From Candidatus Krumholzibacteriia bacterium (lineage in GTDB: Bacteria; Krumholzibacteriota; Krumholzibacteriia; LZORAL124-64-63), in assembly GCA_050174015.1 (NCBI GenBank), contig JBFXKG010000008.1:128001-192000 (forward strand): a DNA stretch of 64,000 nt. Direction: 5' to 3'. Shown one piece after another: positions 36,448-46,666 of this stretch. The position numbers were made by a program, and so were the translations under genes. The notes beneath the pieces are model-generated. The model worked only from the letters and a program-made list of their open reading frames with translations, did not search any database and was not told the origin of the DNA. The stretch's first letter is position 1. Each line of letters starts with the position of its first letter.

Positions 36448-37851
36448 CTATCCCTTCATCACGAGGTTCAGGGGCTGTTCCAGCGCCTCGCAGATCCAGC
36501 GCAGGAACCGGGCGCCGTCCGCGCCGTCGATGACGCGGTGGTCGTAGGTCAGCGACAGGGGCATCATCAGCCGCGGCCGGAATTCCGAGCCGTTCCACAC
36601 CGGCGCCATGGCCGCCCGCGAGACCCCCAGGATCGCCACCTGGGGGGCGTAGACGATGGGGGAGAACGCGGTCCCGCCGATCCCGCCGAGGTTGCTGATG
36701 GTGAACGTGCCGCCCTCCATGTCGGCGGGGCTGATGCGCCGCTCGCGGGTCTGCTCCGCCAGGGCGTTCAGCTCGACGGCCAGGGTCTCAATCCCCTTGC
36801 GGTCGGCGTCGCGGATCACGGGCACGAGCAGGCCTCCGGGCGTGTCCACGGCCACGCCGATGTGGACGTAGTCCTTGAAGATAAGCTCCTGGTGGGCGAG
36901 GTCCAGGCTGCTGTTGAACTGCGGGAAGGCCTTCAGGGCGGTGGCGCAGACCTTCAGCAGGATGGCGGTCGTGGTCAGCTTGTTCTCCGAGGCGGCGGTG
37001 CGGTTGAAGTCCTTGCGGAAGGCTTCCAGCCCGGTGATGTCGGCCTGGTCGTCCTGGGTGACCATGGGGATGGTCGACCAGGCGTAGCTCATGGCGTCCG
37101 CCGTGATGCGGCGCACCCTGGACAAGGGCTCCTGGTGCACGGGACCCCACCTGGTGAAGTCGGGCAGGGGCCGTTGCGCGTGCAGGCCGGGGAATTCGCC
37201 GGTCGCCCCGGGGAGGGGCCCGCCGCCGGTGATGCGCTGCATGGTCTCGCGGACGAAGGTCCGCACGTCGTCCTCGCCGATGCGGCCGCCCGGTCCGGTG
37301 CCCTGCACCTGGTAGATGTCCACGCCCAGATCGCGGGCCAGCCGGCGGATCGAGGGCGCCGCAGGGGCGACGCGGTCCCCCGTGCGCACGGTCTGCAGGT
37401 CGACTGCGGGGGACGCGCCCCCGGCGGGTGCTGCGGCGGACCCAGCGGCGGAAACGGCGGGCGCCGGTGTGGTGGGTTTTCCTTTTTCCGCGGTCGCGGC
37501 TACGGCCTCCGGTTCAGCGTCGGCCTCCGGGGCCGCCGCGGAGGCGGGGGCGGGAGCGCGCTCTTCCGCAGGCGCGGGCCCGGATCGAGGCGCGGCGTCC
37601 GCGGCCGCTTCGCCGGCGGGTTCGCCGAGCATGATGACCGCCCCGATCTTCACCTCGTCGCCCTCGGCCACCTTGACCTCGGTGATGACGCCCTGGAAGG
37701 GTGAGGGGATGGCCACCACGGCCTTGTCCGTCTCCATCTCCAGGAGGGTCTGGTCTGCCTCCACCTTGTCGCCGGCGGCGACGGAAATGGAGATGACGGT
37801 TCCCTTGACGACGCCGTCGCTGACTTCGGGTACGCGGATTTCCTGTGCCAT
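36448..37851 (-). CDS. aceF: Pyruvate dehydrogenase E2 dihydrolipoamide acetyltransferase
   Basis: METDKA lipoyl site, APSIRRLAR, DHRVIDG. Confidence 0.93.
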   Translation of the reverse strand: MAQEIRVPEVSDGVVKGTVISISVAAGDKVEADQTLLEMETDKAVVAIPSPFQGVITEVKVAEGDEVKIGAVIMLGEPAGEAAADAAPRSGPAPAEERAPAPASAAAPEADAEPEAVAATAEKGKPTTPAPAVSAAGSAAAPAGGASPAVDLQTVRTGDRVAPAAPSIRRLARDLGVDIYQVQGTGPGGRIGEDDVRTFVRETMQRITGGGPLPGATGEFPGLHAQRPLPDFTRWGPVHQEPLSRVRRITADAMSYAWSTIPMVTQDDQADITGLEAFRKDFNRTAASENKLTTTAILLKVCATALKAFPQFNSSLDLAHQELIFKDYVHIGVAVDTPGGLLVPVIRDADRKGIETLAVELNALAEQTRERRISPADMEGGTFTISNLGGIGGTAFSPIVYAPQVAILGVSRAAMAPVWNGSEFRPRLMMPLSLTYDHRVIDGADGARFLRWICEALEQPLNLVMKG

Positions 37852-37904
37852 GCTGGTCCTTCCCCGCGGGGACCCGGCGCGCCCAGGCGGCCGGGCCCGG
37901 GCGG

Positions 37905-40601
37905 TCAATCCGTGTAGGGGTTGGGTTTGCCGGGGTCGATCCCCAGATCATCGATGGCCTTGGCCGCCACCGTGGCCTTGATCCTGCCCTGGGTCGCCAG
38001 CTCCTGCAGCGCGGCCAGGGCGATGTAGCGCGCATCGACCTCGAAGAAGTCGCGCAGCTGCCGGCGGCCCTCGCTGCGCCCGAAACCGTCGGTGCCCAGG
38101 AAGTGGACCGGCCCGGGGAACCACTTGGCCACGCTCGCCGGCAGGACCTTCATGTAGTCCGAAGCGGCCACGAACACGCCCTCCTCCCCGGCCAGCAGCG
38201 TGGTGAGGTAGGGTGAGCGGGCCTTCTTGCCGGGGTTCAGCAGGTTCCAGCGCTCGCACTCGACGGCGTCGCGATACAGCTCCTTGTAGCTGGTCACGCT
38301 CCAGACGTCGGCGGCCACCCCGTAATCCTTCTCCAGGATGGCGGCGGCCTCGATCGCCTCGTTCATGATGGCCCCGCTGCCCAGCAGGTGGGCCTTCGGG
38401 GCGGCCTTGGCCTTGGCGCCCTTGAGGCCGCTGGACTGGAACCGGTACATCCCGCGCAGGATCCCCTCGCGGACGCCGGCGCGCTTGGGCATGGCCGGCA
38501 TCCGGTAAGTCTCGTTGCCCACGGTCAGGTAGTAGATCCAGTCCTCCTGGTGGCAGTACATGCGCGTGATCCCGTCGTGGACGATCAACGCCAGCTCGTA
38601 GGCGAAGGCCGGATCGTAGGCCTTGATGGGAGTGGGGGGCAGGGCCAGGACGTGGCTGTGCCCGTCCTGGTGCTGCAGGCCCTCCCCGGCCAAGGTGGTG
38701 CGGCCGGCGGTGGCGCCGACCAAAAAGCCGCGGGCACGCGAATCGCAGGCCTGCCAGATCAGGTCGCCCACCCGCTGGAACCCGAACATGGAGTAGTAGG
38801 TATAGAACGGGATGGTGTTGACGCCGTTGTTGGAGTAGGCCGTCCCCGCGGCGACGAAGCTGGCCATGGACCCCGCCTCGCTGAGCCCTTCCTCCAGGAT
38901 CGCCCCGGTCTTCTTCTCGTTGTAGAACAGCAGGCTGCCCTTGTCGACCGGCTCGTAGAGCTGGCCGGCGTGGCTGTAGATGCCCACCTGGCGGAACAGG
39001 GATTCCATCCCGAAGGTGCGGGCCTCGTCGGGTACGATGGGCACGATGAGCTTGCCGATCTCCTCGTCCCGCAGGAGCTTCGCCAGCAGGTGGACGTAGG
39101 CCATGGTCGTGGCCAGTTCCCGTTCGCCCGAGCCCTCGTAGTACTCCCGGAACAGCTCCTCGGTCTGGCAGGCCATGGGTTGGCTGCCGTCCACCCGCAT
39201 GGGCAGGTGACCGCCCAGCTCCTCGCGGCGGGAGCGCAGGTAGACCATCTCGGGGCTGTCGTCCGCCGGCTTGTAGAACGGGGCCTCGGCGATCTCGTCG
39301 TCGCTGACGGGGATGTTGAACCGCGTGCGGAACTCCTTCAGCTCGTCCTCGTTCAGCTTCTTCTGGGAATGGGTGATGTTCTTGCCCTCGCCGGCCTCGC
39401 CCAGGCCGTAGCCCTTGATGGTCTGGGCCAGGATCACCGCGGGCGACCCCTTGTGCTCGACGGCGGCCTTGTAGGCCGCGTAGACCTTGACCGGATCGTG
39501 GCCGCCGCGGCGCAGCTTGGCGATCTGGTCGTCGCTGTACTGCTCGACCAGGGCCGCCAGTTCGGGGTGCTTGCCGAAGAAGTGTTCACGGACGAAGGCC
39601 CCGCTGCTGACGGTGTAGCGCTGCATCTCGCCGTCGAGGATCTCCTCCATCCGCTGCAGCAGCTTGCCGGAATCGTCCTTCTCCAGCAGGGTGTCCCAGT
39701 CGCCGCCCCAGATGACCTTGATCACGTTCCAGCCGGCGCCCCGGAAGGCGGCCTCGAGTTCCTGGATGATCTTGCCGTTGCCCCGCACCGGACCGTCCAG
39801 GCGCTGCAGGTTGCAGTTCACCACGAAGATCAGGTTGTCCAGCTTCTCGCGGCTGGCCAGGGTGATGGCGCCCAGGGATTCGGGTTCGTCCATCTCCCCG
39901 TCACCCAGCATGGCCCAGACCTTGCGGCCGCTGGCCTGCCGCAGGCCGCGGTCGACCAGGTAGTGGTTGAAGCGGGCCTGGTAGATGGCCGAGATGGCTG
40001 CCAGGCCCATGGACACCGTGGGGAACTCCCAGAACCCGGGCATCAGGAAGGGATGCGGATAGCTGGACAGCCCTCCGCCGGGGGCCAGCTCGCGCCGGAA
40101 GTTCTGCAGGTCCTGCTCGGTCAGGCGTCCCTCCAGGAAGGCGCGGGCGTAGACGCCGGGCGAGGCGTGGCCCTGGAAGTAGATCTGGTCCCCGAGGAAA
40201 TCCGGCGTCCGGCCCCGCCAGAAGTGGTTGAACCCGACCTCCCACAGGTTGGCCGCCGAGGCGTACGTGGAGATGTGCCCGCCGATGCCCGGCAGCTCCC
40301 GGTTGGCCCGCACCACCATGGCCATGGCGTTCCAGCGGATGATGGACTTGATCCGCCGCTCGAGCTCCCGGTTGCCGGGGAACACCGGTTGCTTGGCCCG
40401 GGGAATGGTGTTGATGTAGGGGGTGTTGGCGGTGAACGGAATGCTCACCCCGTGCTCCTGGGCGCGGGTCTGCAGCAGCCGCAGGATCTGCTGGACGCGC
40501 TCGGGACCCTGCCCTTCCAGGACGTAGTCCAGGGACTCCCGCCACTCCTGGTTCTCGATCTGCTCGAGCTGGGGATTCGACCGGGGATCCGGGTTGGCCA
40601 T
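37905..40601 (-). CDS. aceE: Pyruvate dehydrogenase E1 (homodimeric type)
   Basis: GGHISTY, FQGHASPG, GDGEMDEPES, GEGLQHQDG. Confidence 0.97.
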   Translation of the reverse strand: MANPDPRSNPQLEQIENQEWRESLDYVLEGQGPERVQQILRLLQTRAQEHGVSIPFTANTPYINTIPRAKQPVFPGNRELERRIKSIIRWNAMAMVVRANRELPGIGGHISTYASAANLWEVGFNHFWRGRTPDFLGDQIYFQGHASPGVYARAFLEGRLTEQDLQNFRRELAPGGGLSSYPHPFLMPGFWEFPTVSMGLAAISAIYQARFNHYLVDRGLRQASGRKVWAMLGDGEMDEPESLGAITLASREKLDNLIFVVNCNLQRLDGPVRGNGKIIQELEAAFRGAGWNVIKVIWGGDWDTLLEKDDSGKLLQRMEEILDGEMQRYTVSSGAFVREHFFGKHPELAALVEQYSDDQIAKLRRGGHDPVKVYAAYKAAVEHKGSPAVILAQTIKGYGLGEAGEGKNITHSQKKLNEDELKEFRTRFNIPVSDDEIAEAPFYKPADDSPEMVYLRSRREELGGHLPMRVDGSQPMACQTEELFREYYEGSGERELATTMAYVHLLAKLLRDEEIGKLIVPIVPDEARTFGMESLFRQVGIYSHAGQLYEPVDKGSLLFYNEKKTGAILEEGLSEAGSMASFVAAGTAYSNNGVNTIPFYTYYSMFGFQRVGDLIWQACDSRARGFLVGATAGRTTLAGEGLQHQDGHSHVLALPPTPIKAYDPAFAYELALIVHDGITRMYCHQEDWIYYLTVGNETYRMPAMPKRAGVREGILRGMYRFQSSGLKGAKAKAAPKAHLLGSGAIMNEAIEAAAILEKDYGVAADVWSVTSYKELYRDAVECERWNLLNPGKKARSPYLTTLLAGEEGVFVAASDYMKVLPASVAKWFPGPVHFLGTDGFGRSEGRRQLRDFFEVDARYIALAALQELATQGRIKATVAAKAIDDLGIDPGKPNPYTD

Positions 40602-40927
40602 GGCAACCGACTCCTATCGGGATGAAAGTGGTTATCTTTTTCGTTGCAAAGGATAAAACTTTTTGGTTGGAGGTCAACCGCGGGCCGGATCAACCCCTCC
40701 GCCCATCTGCCGGGTCGTGGAGCGGGGCGGGATGCGATCATGAGCGCCGGGGCGGTCCTGATCTTGGGAACGGCTCGGGAATCGGCCCGGTCCCGGCGCA
40801 CGTCCTGGCGGCGCGAAGCCCGGACGGCGGTTCGGAGACGGCTAGCCGGCGGGGGCGGTTTCGCTTAGAGTGTCCCCGATTTCCTGTTCCCCCTGCGCTG
40901 CCAACCCCCTTCCAGGAGAGACCGACG

Positions 40928-42301
40928 ATGCCGAGCTTGACCCGACAGATGGCCGATTTCGTCCTGAAGCTGCGTTACGAGGACATTCCCGCTCCGGCCC
41001 TGAGGGAGGCCAAGCGGTTCCTGCTGGACAGCGTGGGCTGCGCGCTGGCCGCGGTCGACAATCCGGACATGGCCGCCATGTACCGCTTCATCGGGAAGCT
41101 GGGGGGAACCCCCGAGGCGACCCTCATCGGCAGCGGACACCGGACCAGCGCCGCCAACGCGGCCCTCATGAACAGCCTGCTGGTCAGGGCCCTGGACTAC
41201 AACGACATCTACTGGGAGCAGGATCCCAGCCATCCCTCGGACATCATCTTCGGAGCGGTGTCCCCCGCCGAGGCCCTGGGCCGCGACGGCCGGGAGGCTC
41301 TCGTCGCCATCGTCATCGCCTACGAGCTGGAGATGCGCTGGTGCCTGGCCTGCTTCCCCGGCGTGCGCGAGGTCGGCTGGCATCACGCCACCCTGACCCA
41401 GCTGGTCAGCCCCTTCGTGGCCGGCCGCATCTACGGCCTGGACGCCGACCAGCTGGTGGCCGCCGCCGGCATCAGCGGCAGCAGCCACTACACCCTGGGC
41501 GGGGTGGTCGCCGGACACCTGACCAACATGAAGAACACCGCCGATCCGCTGGCGACCCAGGCCGGGGTGCTCGCCGCGATGATGGCCCGCGAGGGGTACG
41601 AGGGGCCGGTGGAAGTCATCGAGGGCAAGGAGGGTTTCCAGCACGTGATCCACAACGTGGAGCTGAAACCCGAGATCCTGCTGGACGGCCTGGGGGAGAA
41701 GTTCCTGATCACCGAGTGCGGCTACAAGGCCTTCCCCACCGAGGCCCTCACCCACCAGCCCATGAGCGCCGTGCTGATGGCCATGAAGAAGAACGGCCTG
41801 GTCGCCGAGGACCTGGCCTCCATCCACATCCAGACCACGACCCGAGGCGCGGACATCCTGAGCGATCCGAGCAAGTACGATCCGCAGACCAAGGAGACGG
41901 CGGACCACAGCCTGCCCTACTGCCTGGCCGCCGCCGCGGCCGACGGCGGGGTCTATCCCGGCAGCTTCGAGCAGGACAAGCTGTTCGATCCGCGCATCCG
42001 GGCCTTGCTGCCCAGGATCAAGGTCGTGGCCAATCCGGAGATCGACGCCATGTTCCCCGGCACCAAGCGCGCCATCGCCACCCTGACCACCCATGACGGC
42101 CGCACCTTCAGCGAGACCGTGGATCACGCCAAGGGCAGCCCCCGGAATCCGCTGAGCGACGAGGAGCTGATCGCGAAGTTCCGGGCCAATGCCGGCGGGG
42201 TGCTGGACCCGGGCCGGCAGGATGAGGTCATCGAGGCGACCCTGGGGTTCGAGGAGCGGAGCGACCTGGGCGGGTACATGCGGATGCTCACAGTGCGATG
42301 A
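40928..42301 (+). CDS. MmgE/PrpD family (2-methylcitrate dehydratase-like) protein
   Basis: RALDYND..SHPSD, KETADHSLPY, KGSPRNPLS. Confidence 0.9.
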   Translation: MPSLTRQMADFVLKLRYEDIPAPALREAKRFLLDSVGCALAAVDNPDMAAMYRFIGKLGGTPEATLIGSGHRTSAANAALMNSLLVRALDYNDIYWEQDPSHPSDIIFGAVSPAEALGRDGREALVAIVIAYELEMRWCLACFPGVREVGWHHATLTQLVSPFVAGRIYGLDADQLVAAAGISGSSHYTLGGVVAGHLTNMKNTADPLATQAGVLAAMMAREGYEGPVEVIEGKEGFQHVIHNVELKPEILLDGLGEKFLITECGYKAFPTEALTHQPMSAVLMAMKKNGLVAEDLASIHIQTTTRGADILSDPSKYDPQTKETADHSLPYCLAAAAADGGVYPGSFEQDKLFDPRIRALLPRIKVVANPEIDAMFPGTKRAIATLTTHDGRTFSETVDHAKGSPRNPLSDEELIAKFRANAGGVLDPGRQDEVIEATLGFEERSDLGGYMRMLTVR

Positions 42302-42673
42302 CCCAGACCGGGGGGCGTCCCCCGTGGGGGGCGCCCGTCCTTCAGGGTTCGCGGTGATTATGAATCATCATGTCGATTTCCGGTGTTTGCGGGCCTGTTC
42401 TCGGTGGTTTGACAATTTTTTTGCCATGTAATGATGGCCAAGTGCATGAAGTATAGAATAATAAGATAAAAAACAAACAATGATCGCAACTAAAAGTGAT
42501 GAAATGACTTAATTTTTTTGAAATTTCCCTGGAAATCCTTGGGGTCCCTTGTGTCTGGAGGGAATTTCATGGTATAATCACTCCCCGGATGAGGGGAAAA
42601 AATGCGTTCCACGGCCATGGTCGCCGCCCTCGCGGTATGCCGGCGATCCGGTCTCGTTCGTTGACCCAAGGAG

Positions 42674-45600
42674 ATGATCATGAACCTGAGAGTCGCGTTC
42701 GCCCTGACGGTGACCCTGCTCCTCTTGCTGTTCGTCGGATGTTCCGAGGAACAGGTCACCCAGCCTGAAATCGGGTACCTCGCCTCGGATTATCCCGATC
42801 CCGAAGTGTTGTCCCCGGAGGAGAACCTCGGCCGGATCCACAAGGCGGCCGACACGCCCATCACCGACAGGTTCATCGTGCAGTTCCGGCCGGACGTCGC
42901 GGACGCCTCCGCCCTCGTCGGTTCTCTGGCCGCCAAGTACGGCCTGTCGGTTCCCACCTATTACCAGTACGCCATCAAGGGATTCCCTGCGCGGATGTCC
43001 CCGGAAACCGCCGAGGCCCTGCGTGCCGAGGCCTCCGTGCTCGAGGTGACGCCGGACCAGTGGGTCAGCGCCGTCGCCCAGGAAATTCCCACCGGCGTGG
43101 ACCGCATCGAAACCGAATTGAATCCCTTCGCCGCCATCGACGGCGTGCCCACCAACGTCGACGTCGACATCGCCATCGTGGACACGGGGCTGGACACCTC
43201 CCACCCCGCCCTGAACATCGCGGGCGGCCGGACCTTCCTGGGCGGCCTGTCCTTCTCCAATTTCATGGACGATAACGGCCACGGCACGCACGTGGCCGGC
43301 ATCGCCGCCGCCCGGGACGATACCCTGGACGTGGTCGGAGTGGCGCCCGGGGCCCGGCTGTGGGGCGTCAAGGTCCTCAACGCCGGCGGCACCGGTCTGG
43401 TCTCCGACGTCATCCTGGGCCTCGACTGGATCCTGGCCCGGTCCACCACCATCGAGGTGGTGAACCTGAGTTTCGCCGCCGTCGGCTGGAACAATCCCCT
43501 GAACAACGCGATCAACAACTGTGTCGCCGCCGGCCTGGTGGTCGTTGCGGCCGCGGGCAACGAAGGGGTGGACATCTTCGGCGCCGACGGCACCATCGGC
43601 ACAGCCGACGACGTCATCCCGGCTGCCTGCCCCGGCGCCGCCACCATCAGCGCCCTGGTGGACACCGACGGTCTTCCCGGCGGACTGGGGGCGGCCTCGA
43701 CCTCCGGGCCGGACGACTCCTTCGCCGCTTTCAGCAACTTCAGCGCCAGCGCCTACATCGACAATCCCGTGATCTCGCCCGGCCAGGCCATCGACCTGAT
43801 CCTGCCCGGCGTCGATATCAACTCGACCCGTCTGGGCGGCGGCACCATCCTCGCCAGCGGGACCAGCCAGGCGGCCCCGCATGCGGCCGGCCTGTTCGCG
43901 CTGTACATCGCCGAGAACGGTCGTCCGACCGATGCCGCGGGCGTCGCCGCCGCGCGTCAGGCCCTGATCGACAACGGTCCCGCCCAGGATTCCCCCTTGG
44001 GATTGGCCACGGCCAACGACCCCGACGGGAACCCCGAGAACCTCGGCTGGGCCGTGGAACCCCAGGTCCTGTCCGACGTGGCCTTCCTGGAATTCTCCGC
44101 CCCGGCGACCGTCCTCCCGGGGGATACCCTGGACATGCGCGTCAGGATCGCCAACATCGGCAACGTCGACATCACGACACCCTTCCAGGCCTGGATCGGC
44201 GTCCAGGGCACGTCCGTCGAACTGGCCCGCGCCACGGTGCCCGGGTTGCCCGCCGGGGCCTCGATGCTGCGCGTGATCCACTTCAACGTCCCGGCCAAGG
44301 ATCTTGCGGTCGCCGTGAATCCCGGGACCTACACCCTGTTCGTGACCCATGACTTCAGCGACCCGAACCCTGGCAACGACCTGCTGACCACCGACGTGGA
44401 ACTGCTGCCTCCGCCCGAGTTGGGGACCGTGGTCGTCAACCCCGACCCGGACGCGCTGAACGCCCCCTGGACCATCGACAGTCCGCTGGGGACCTTCAAC
44501 TTCAGCGGGGATCTCACCCGCGCCGACGTTCCGGTCGGTAATTACACGATCACCTGGGGCGACGTGGCCGGATGGGTCACTCCCGCACCCGAGACCCTGG
44601 CCCTGGCCCTGAACGACACCATCACCTTCAACGGGGTGTACACGGAGATCCCGACCACGGGCACCATCGTGATCAACCCCGACCCCGATGCCCTGGGCGC
44701 CCCCTGGAGCCTCGAGGGTCCCGATGCGGCCATGTTCTCCGGAACCGGCGATTCGACCATGGTCGACATGCCGACCGGCGACTACACCGTCACCTGGGGT
44801 GAAGTCACCGGGTGGAACACCCCGGCAGGCGAGACCCTGACCCTGACCGGCGGCGGCACCACCACCTTCAACGGCCTCTACACCGAGATCGGCACGACCG
44901 GAACGGTCGTGGTCGACGCCGTCCCCAACGCCCTGAACGCGCCCTGGACCCTCACGGGTCCCACCGGGGTGCTCAACGGCACCGGCGATCGGACCCGGAC
45001 CGACATGCCCATCGGCGACTACACCATCGCCTGGGGCGAGGTCGCCGGCTGGATCGCCCCTGCGGGCGAAACCCTGACCCTGGTGGCCGACGCGACCATC
45101 ACCTTCCAGGGTGTCTACACGCAGATCCCGACGACCGGGACGATCGTGATCAACCCCGATCCCGATTTCCTGAACGCCCCCTGGACCGTGTCCGGTCCCG
45201 ACACCACCTCGGGCACCGGTGACCAGACGCTGGTCGACATGCCCCAGGGCGAGTACACCATCGCCTGGGGCGCGGTCGCGGGCTATGACGCGCCCGCGGG
45301 CGAGACCCAGACGCTGGTCGCCGAGCAGACGATCACGTTCGCCGGGACGTACACCGAGTCCCTGGGCTCGATCACGGTCGACAGCAACCCGGACGGCATC
45401 GGGGCGACGTGGACGCTGACGGGTCCGGCCTCGTTCTCGTACAGCGGTGCGGGCGACGAGACGGTCCCGGACCTGGTGGCCGGGGATTACACGGTGACCT
45501 GGGCTGCGGTGGCGGGCTACACGACGCCGGTCGCTCAGACCAAGAGCCTGGCCGCGGGCGGTACGCAGACGTTCACCGGGACGTACGTGCGGATCCCGGT

Positions 45601-46354
45601 GGGCAGCGTGGTGATCGACGCGGAGCCGAACGACATCAACGCTCCGTGGGAGCTGAGCGGTCCCGGCGGATTGCAGACCGGCAGGGGCGATGCGACGCTG
45701 AACGATCAGCCTGCGGGTAGCTACACGGTCACGTGGCTGGCGGTCGAGGGCTACGAGACGCCGGCGCCGGAGACGAAGAACGTGACGGACGGCGGTGTGG
45801 CGATCTTCCTGGGTCAGTACACCCCGGTGGGCAGCGGGGACTCGATCGGTTTCTGGTTCGACCAGGGCGCGTCGCAGAGCTGCGCGGAGGCGGCGTTCCT
45901 GGCGCACGTGCCGGCCTACCTCGTCTACAGCAATCCGTCGATCGGTGAGACGCGCGGGTTCGAGTGCGGGATTCAGTTCAGCGGCGGGGCGTCGTGGAAC
46001 ACCTCGATGAGCGTGAGTTTCCCGGTGCCGTCGACGAACGTCGGGGTGAACATTCCGATGGAAGGCACCTACAACTACATCGTGGGGTTCGGCACGCCGT
46101 TGCCGACGACGGTGAACACGGTGGTGGCGACGCTGGACATCTTCTACCTGGACTTCTTCGCCTTCGACATCGATCTGGGCCCGTCGAACCCGTCGTCGAG
46201 TCCGAACGGCGTGCCGGTGGTGTTGCGGCCGGACTTCACCGAGATGGAGATCCAGGCGGGCAGCCCGACGGCGACGTTGGCGCAGACCGGCGGTTGCGGG
46301 GCCAAGACGGCGTCTGCCGACAGCTACGAGGGCGTCCGCAACCTGTTCAAATAG
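42674..46354 (+). CDS. S8 (subtilisin-like) peptidase lipoprotein with I9 propeptide, CARDB-like domain, six ~75-aa repeats and C-terminal domain
   Basis: FVGC lipobox; VDTG, HGTHVAG, AAGN, GTSQAAPH. Confidence 0.92.
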   Translation: MIMNLRVAFALTVTLLLLLFVGCSEEQVTQPEIGYLASDYPDPEVLSPEENLGRIHKAADTPITDRFIVQFRPDVADASALVGSLAAKYGLSVPTYYQYAIKGFPARMSPETAEALRAEASVLEVTPDQWVSAVAQEIPTGVDRIETELNPFAAIDGVPTNVDVDIAIVDTGLDTSHPALNIAGGRTFLGGLSFSNFMDDNGHGTHVAGIAAARDDTLDVVGVAPGARLWGVKVLNAGGTGLVSDVILGLDWILARSTTIEVVNLSFAAVGWNNPLNNAINNCVAAGLVVVAAAGNEGVDIFGADGTIGTADDVIPAACPGAATISALVDTDGLPGGLGAASTSGPDDSFAAFSNFSASAYIDNPVISPGQAIDLILPGVDINSTRLGGGTILASGTSQAAPHAAGLFALYIAENGRPTDAAGVAAARQALIDNGPAQDSPLGLATANDPDGNPENLGWAVEPQVLSDVAFLEFSAPATVLPGDTLDMRVRIANIGNVDITTPFQAWIGVQGTSVELARATVPGLPAGASMLRVIHFNVPAKDLAVAVNPGTYTLFVTHDFSDPNPGNDLLTTDVELLPPPELGTVVVNPDPDALNAPWTIDSPLGTFNFSGDLTRADVPVGNYTITWGDVAGWVTPAPETLALALNDTITFNGVYTEIPTTGTIVINPDPDALGAPWSLEGPDAAMFSGTGDSTMVDMPTGDYTVTWGEVTGWNTPAGETLTLTGGGTTTFNGLYTEIGTTGTVVVDAVPNALNAPWTLTGPTGVLNGTGDRTRTDMPIGDYTIAWGEVAGWIAPAGETLTLVADATITFQGVYTQIPTTGTIVINPDPDFLNAPWTVSGPDTTSGTGDQTLVDMPQGEYTIAWGAVAGYDAPAGETQTLVAEQTITFAGTYTESLGSITVDSNPDGIGATWTLTGPASFSYSGAGDETVPDLVAGDYTVTWAAVAGYTTPVAQTKSLAAGGTQTFTGTYVRIPVGSVVIDAEPNDINAPWELSGPGGLQTGRGDATLNDQPAGSYTVTWLAVEGYETPAPETKNVTDGGVAIFLGQYTPVGSGDSIGFWFDQGASQSCAEAAFLAHVPAYLVYSNPSIGETRGFECGIQFSGGASWNTSMSVSFPVPSTNVGVNIPMEGTYNYIVGFGTPLPTTVNTVVATLDIFYLDFFAFDIDLGPSNPSSSPNGVPVVLRPDFTEMEIQAGSPTATLAQTGGCGAKTASADSYEGVRNLFK

Positions 46355-46408
46355 TTCGACATCATCGATCCTGCGAGGACGGGGCCCGGCGTTCGCCGGG
46401 CCCCGTTT
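44896..46408 (+). repeat. Copy 1 of ~1.5 kb direct repeat (3' part of S8 gene plus terminator)
   Basis: Matches 48883-50395 (offset 3987); only two synonymous differences seen, near the 5' end. Confidence 0.92.
46379..46408 (+). terminator. Intrinsic terminator
   Basis: ACGGGGCCCGGC-GTTC-GCCGGGCCCCGT-TT. Confidence 0.75.
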
Positions 46409-46666
46409 CCTTGCGCGGGGGGAGGCCTTGGCTTCCAATGGGAAATCTCTCTTCAAAATGGTCAATTGTGTGAAAATTATGCGGAATAACATTTTGGCCG
46501 TTTACAGGATCCTCTTCATCAAGTATGCTCCCACCTCCCAAGACAATAATGGATTTCAAAACCCGGCTGGAAATCGCTCCCTGATCGTCTGGATCCCCCG
46601 GATTGCCATGCAGTCTGCGGGATCTTGAAGTTCGAATCCGATGACCCAAGAATCGAGGTACAGGTC

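Noticed and set aside
44420..45830. Periodic repeats as a CRISPR array or DGR template/variable repeat pair
   Set aside because: They are in-frame ~225-nt protein domain repeats; no cas or reverse transcriptase gene, and the copy differences seen are not adenine-specific.
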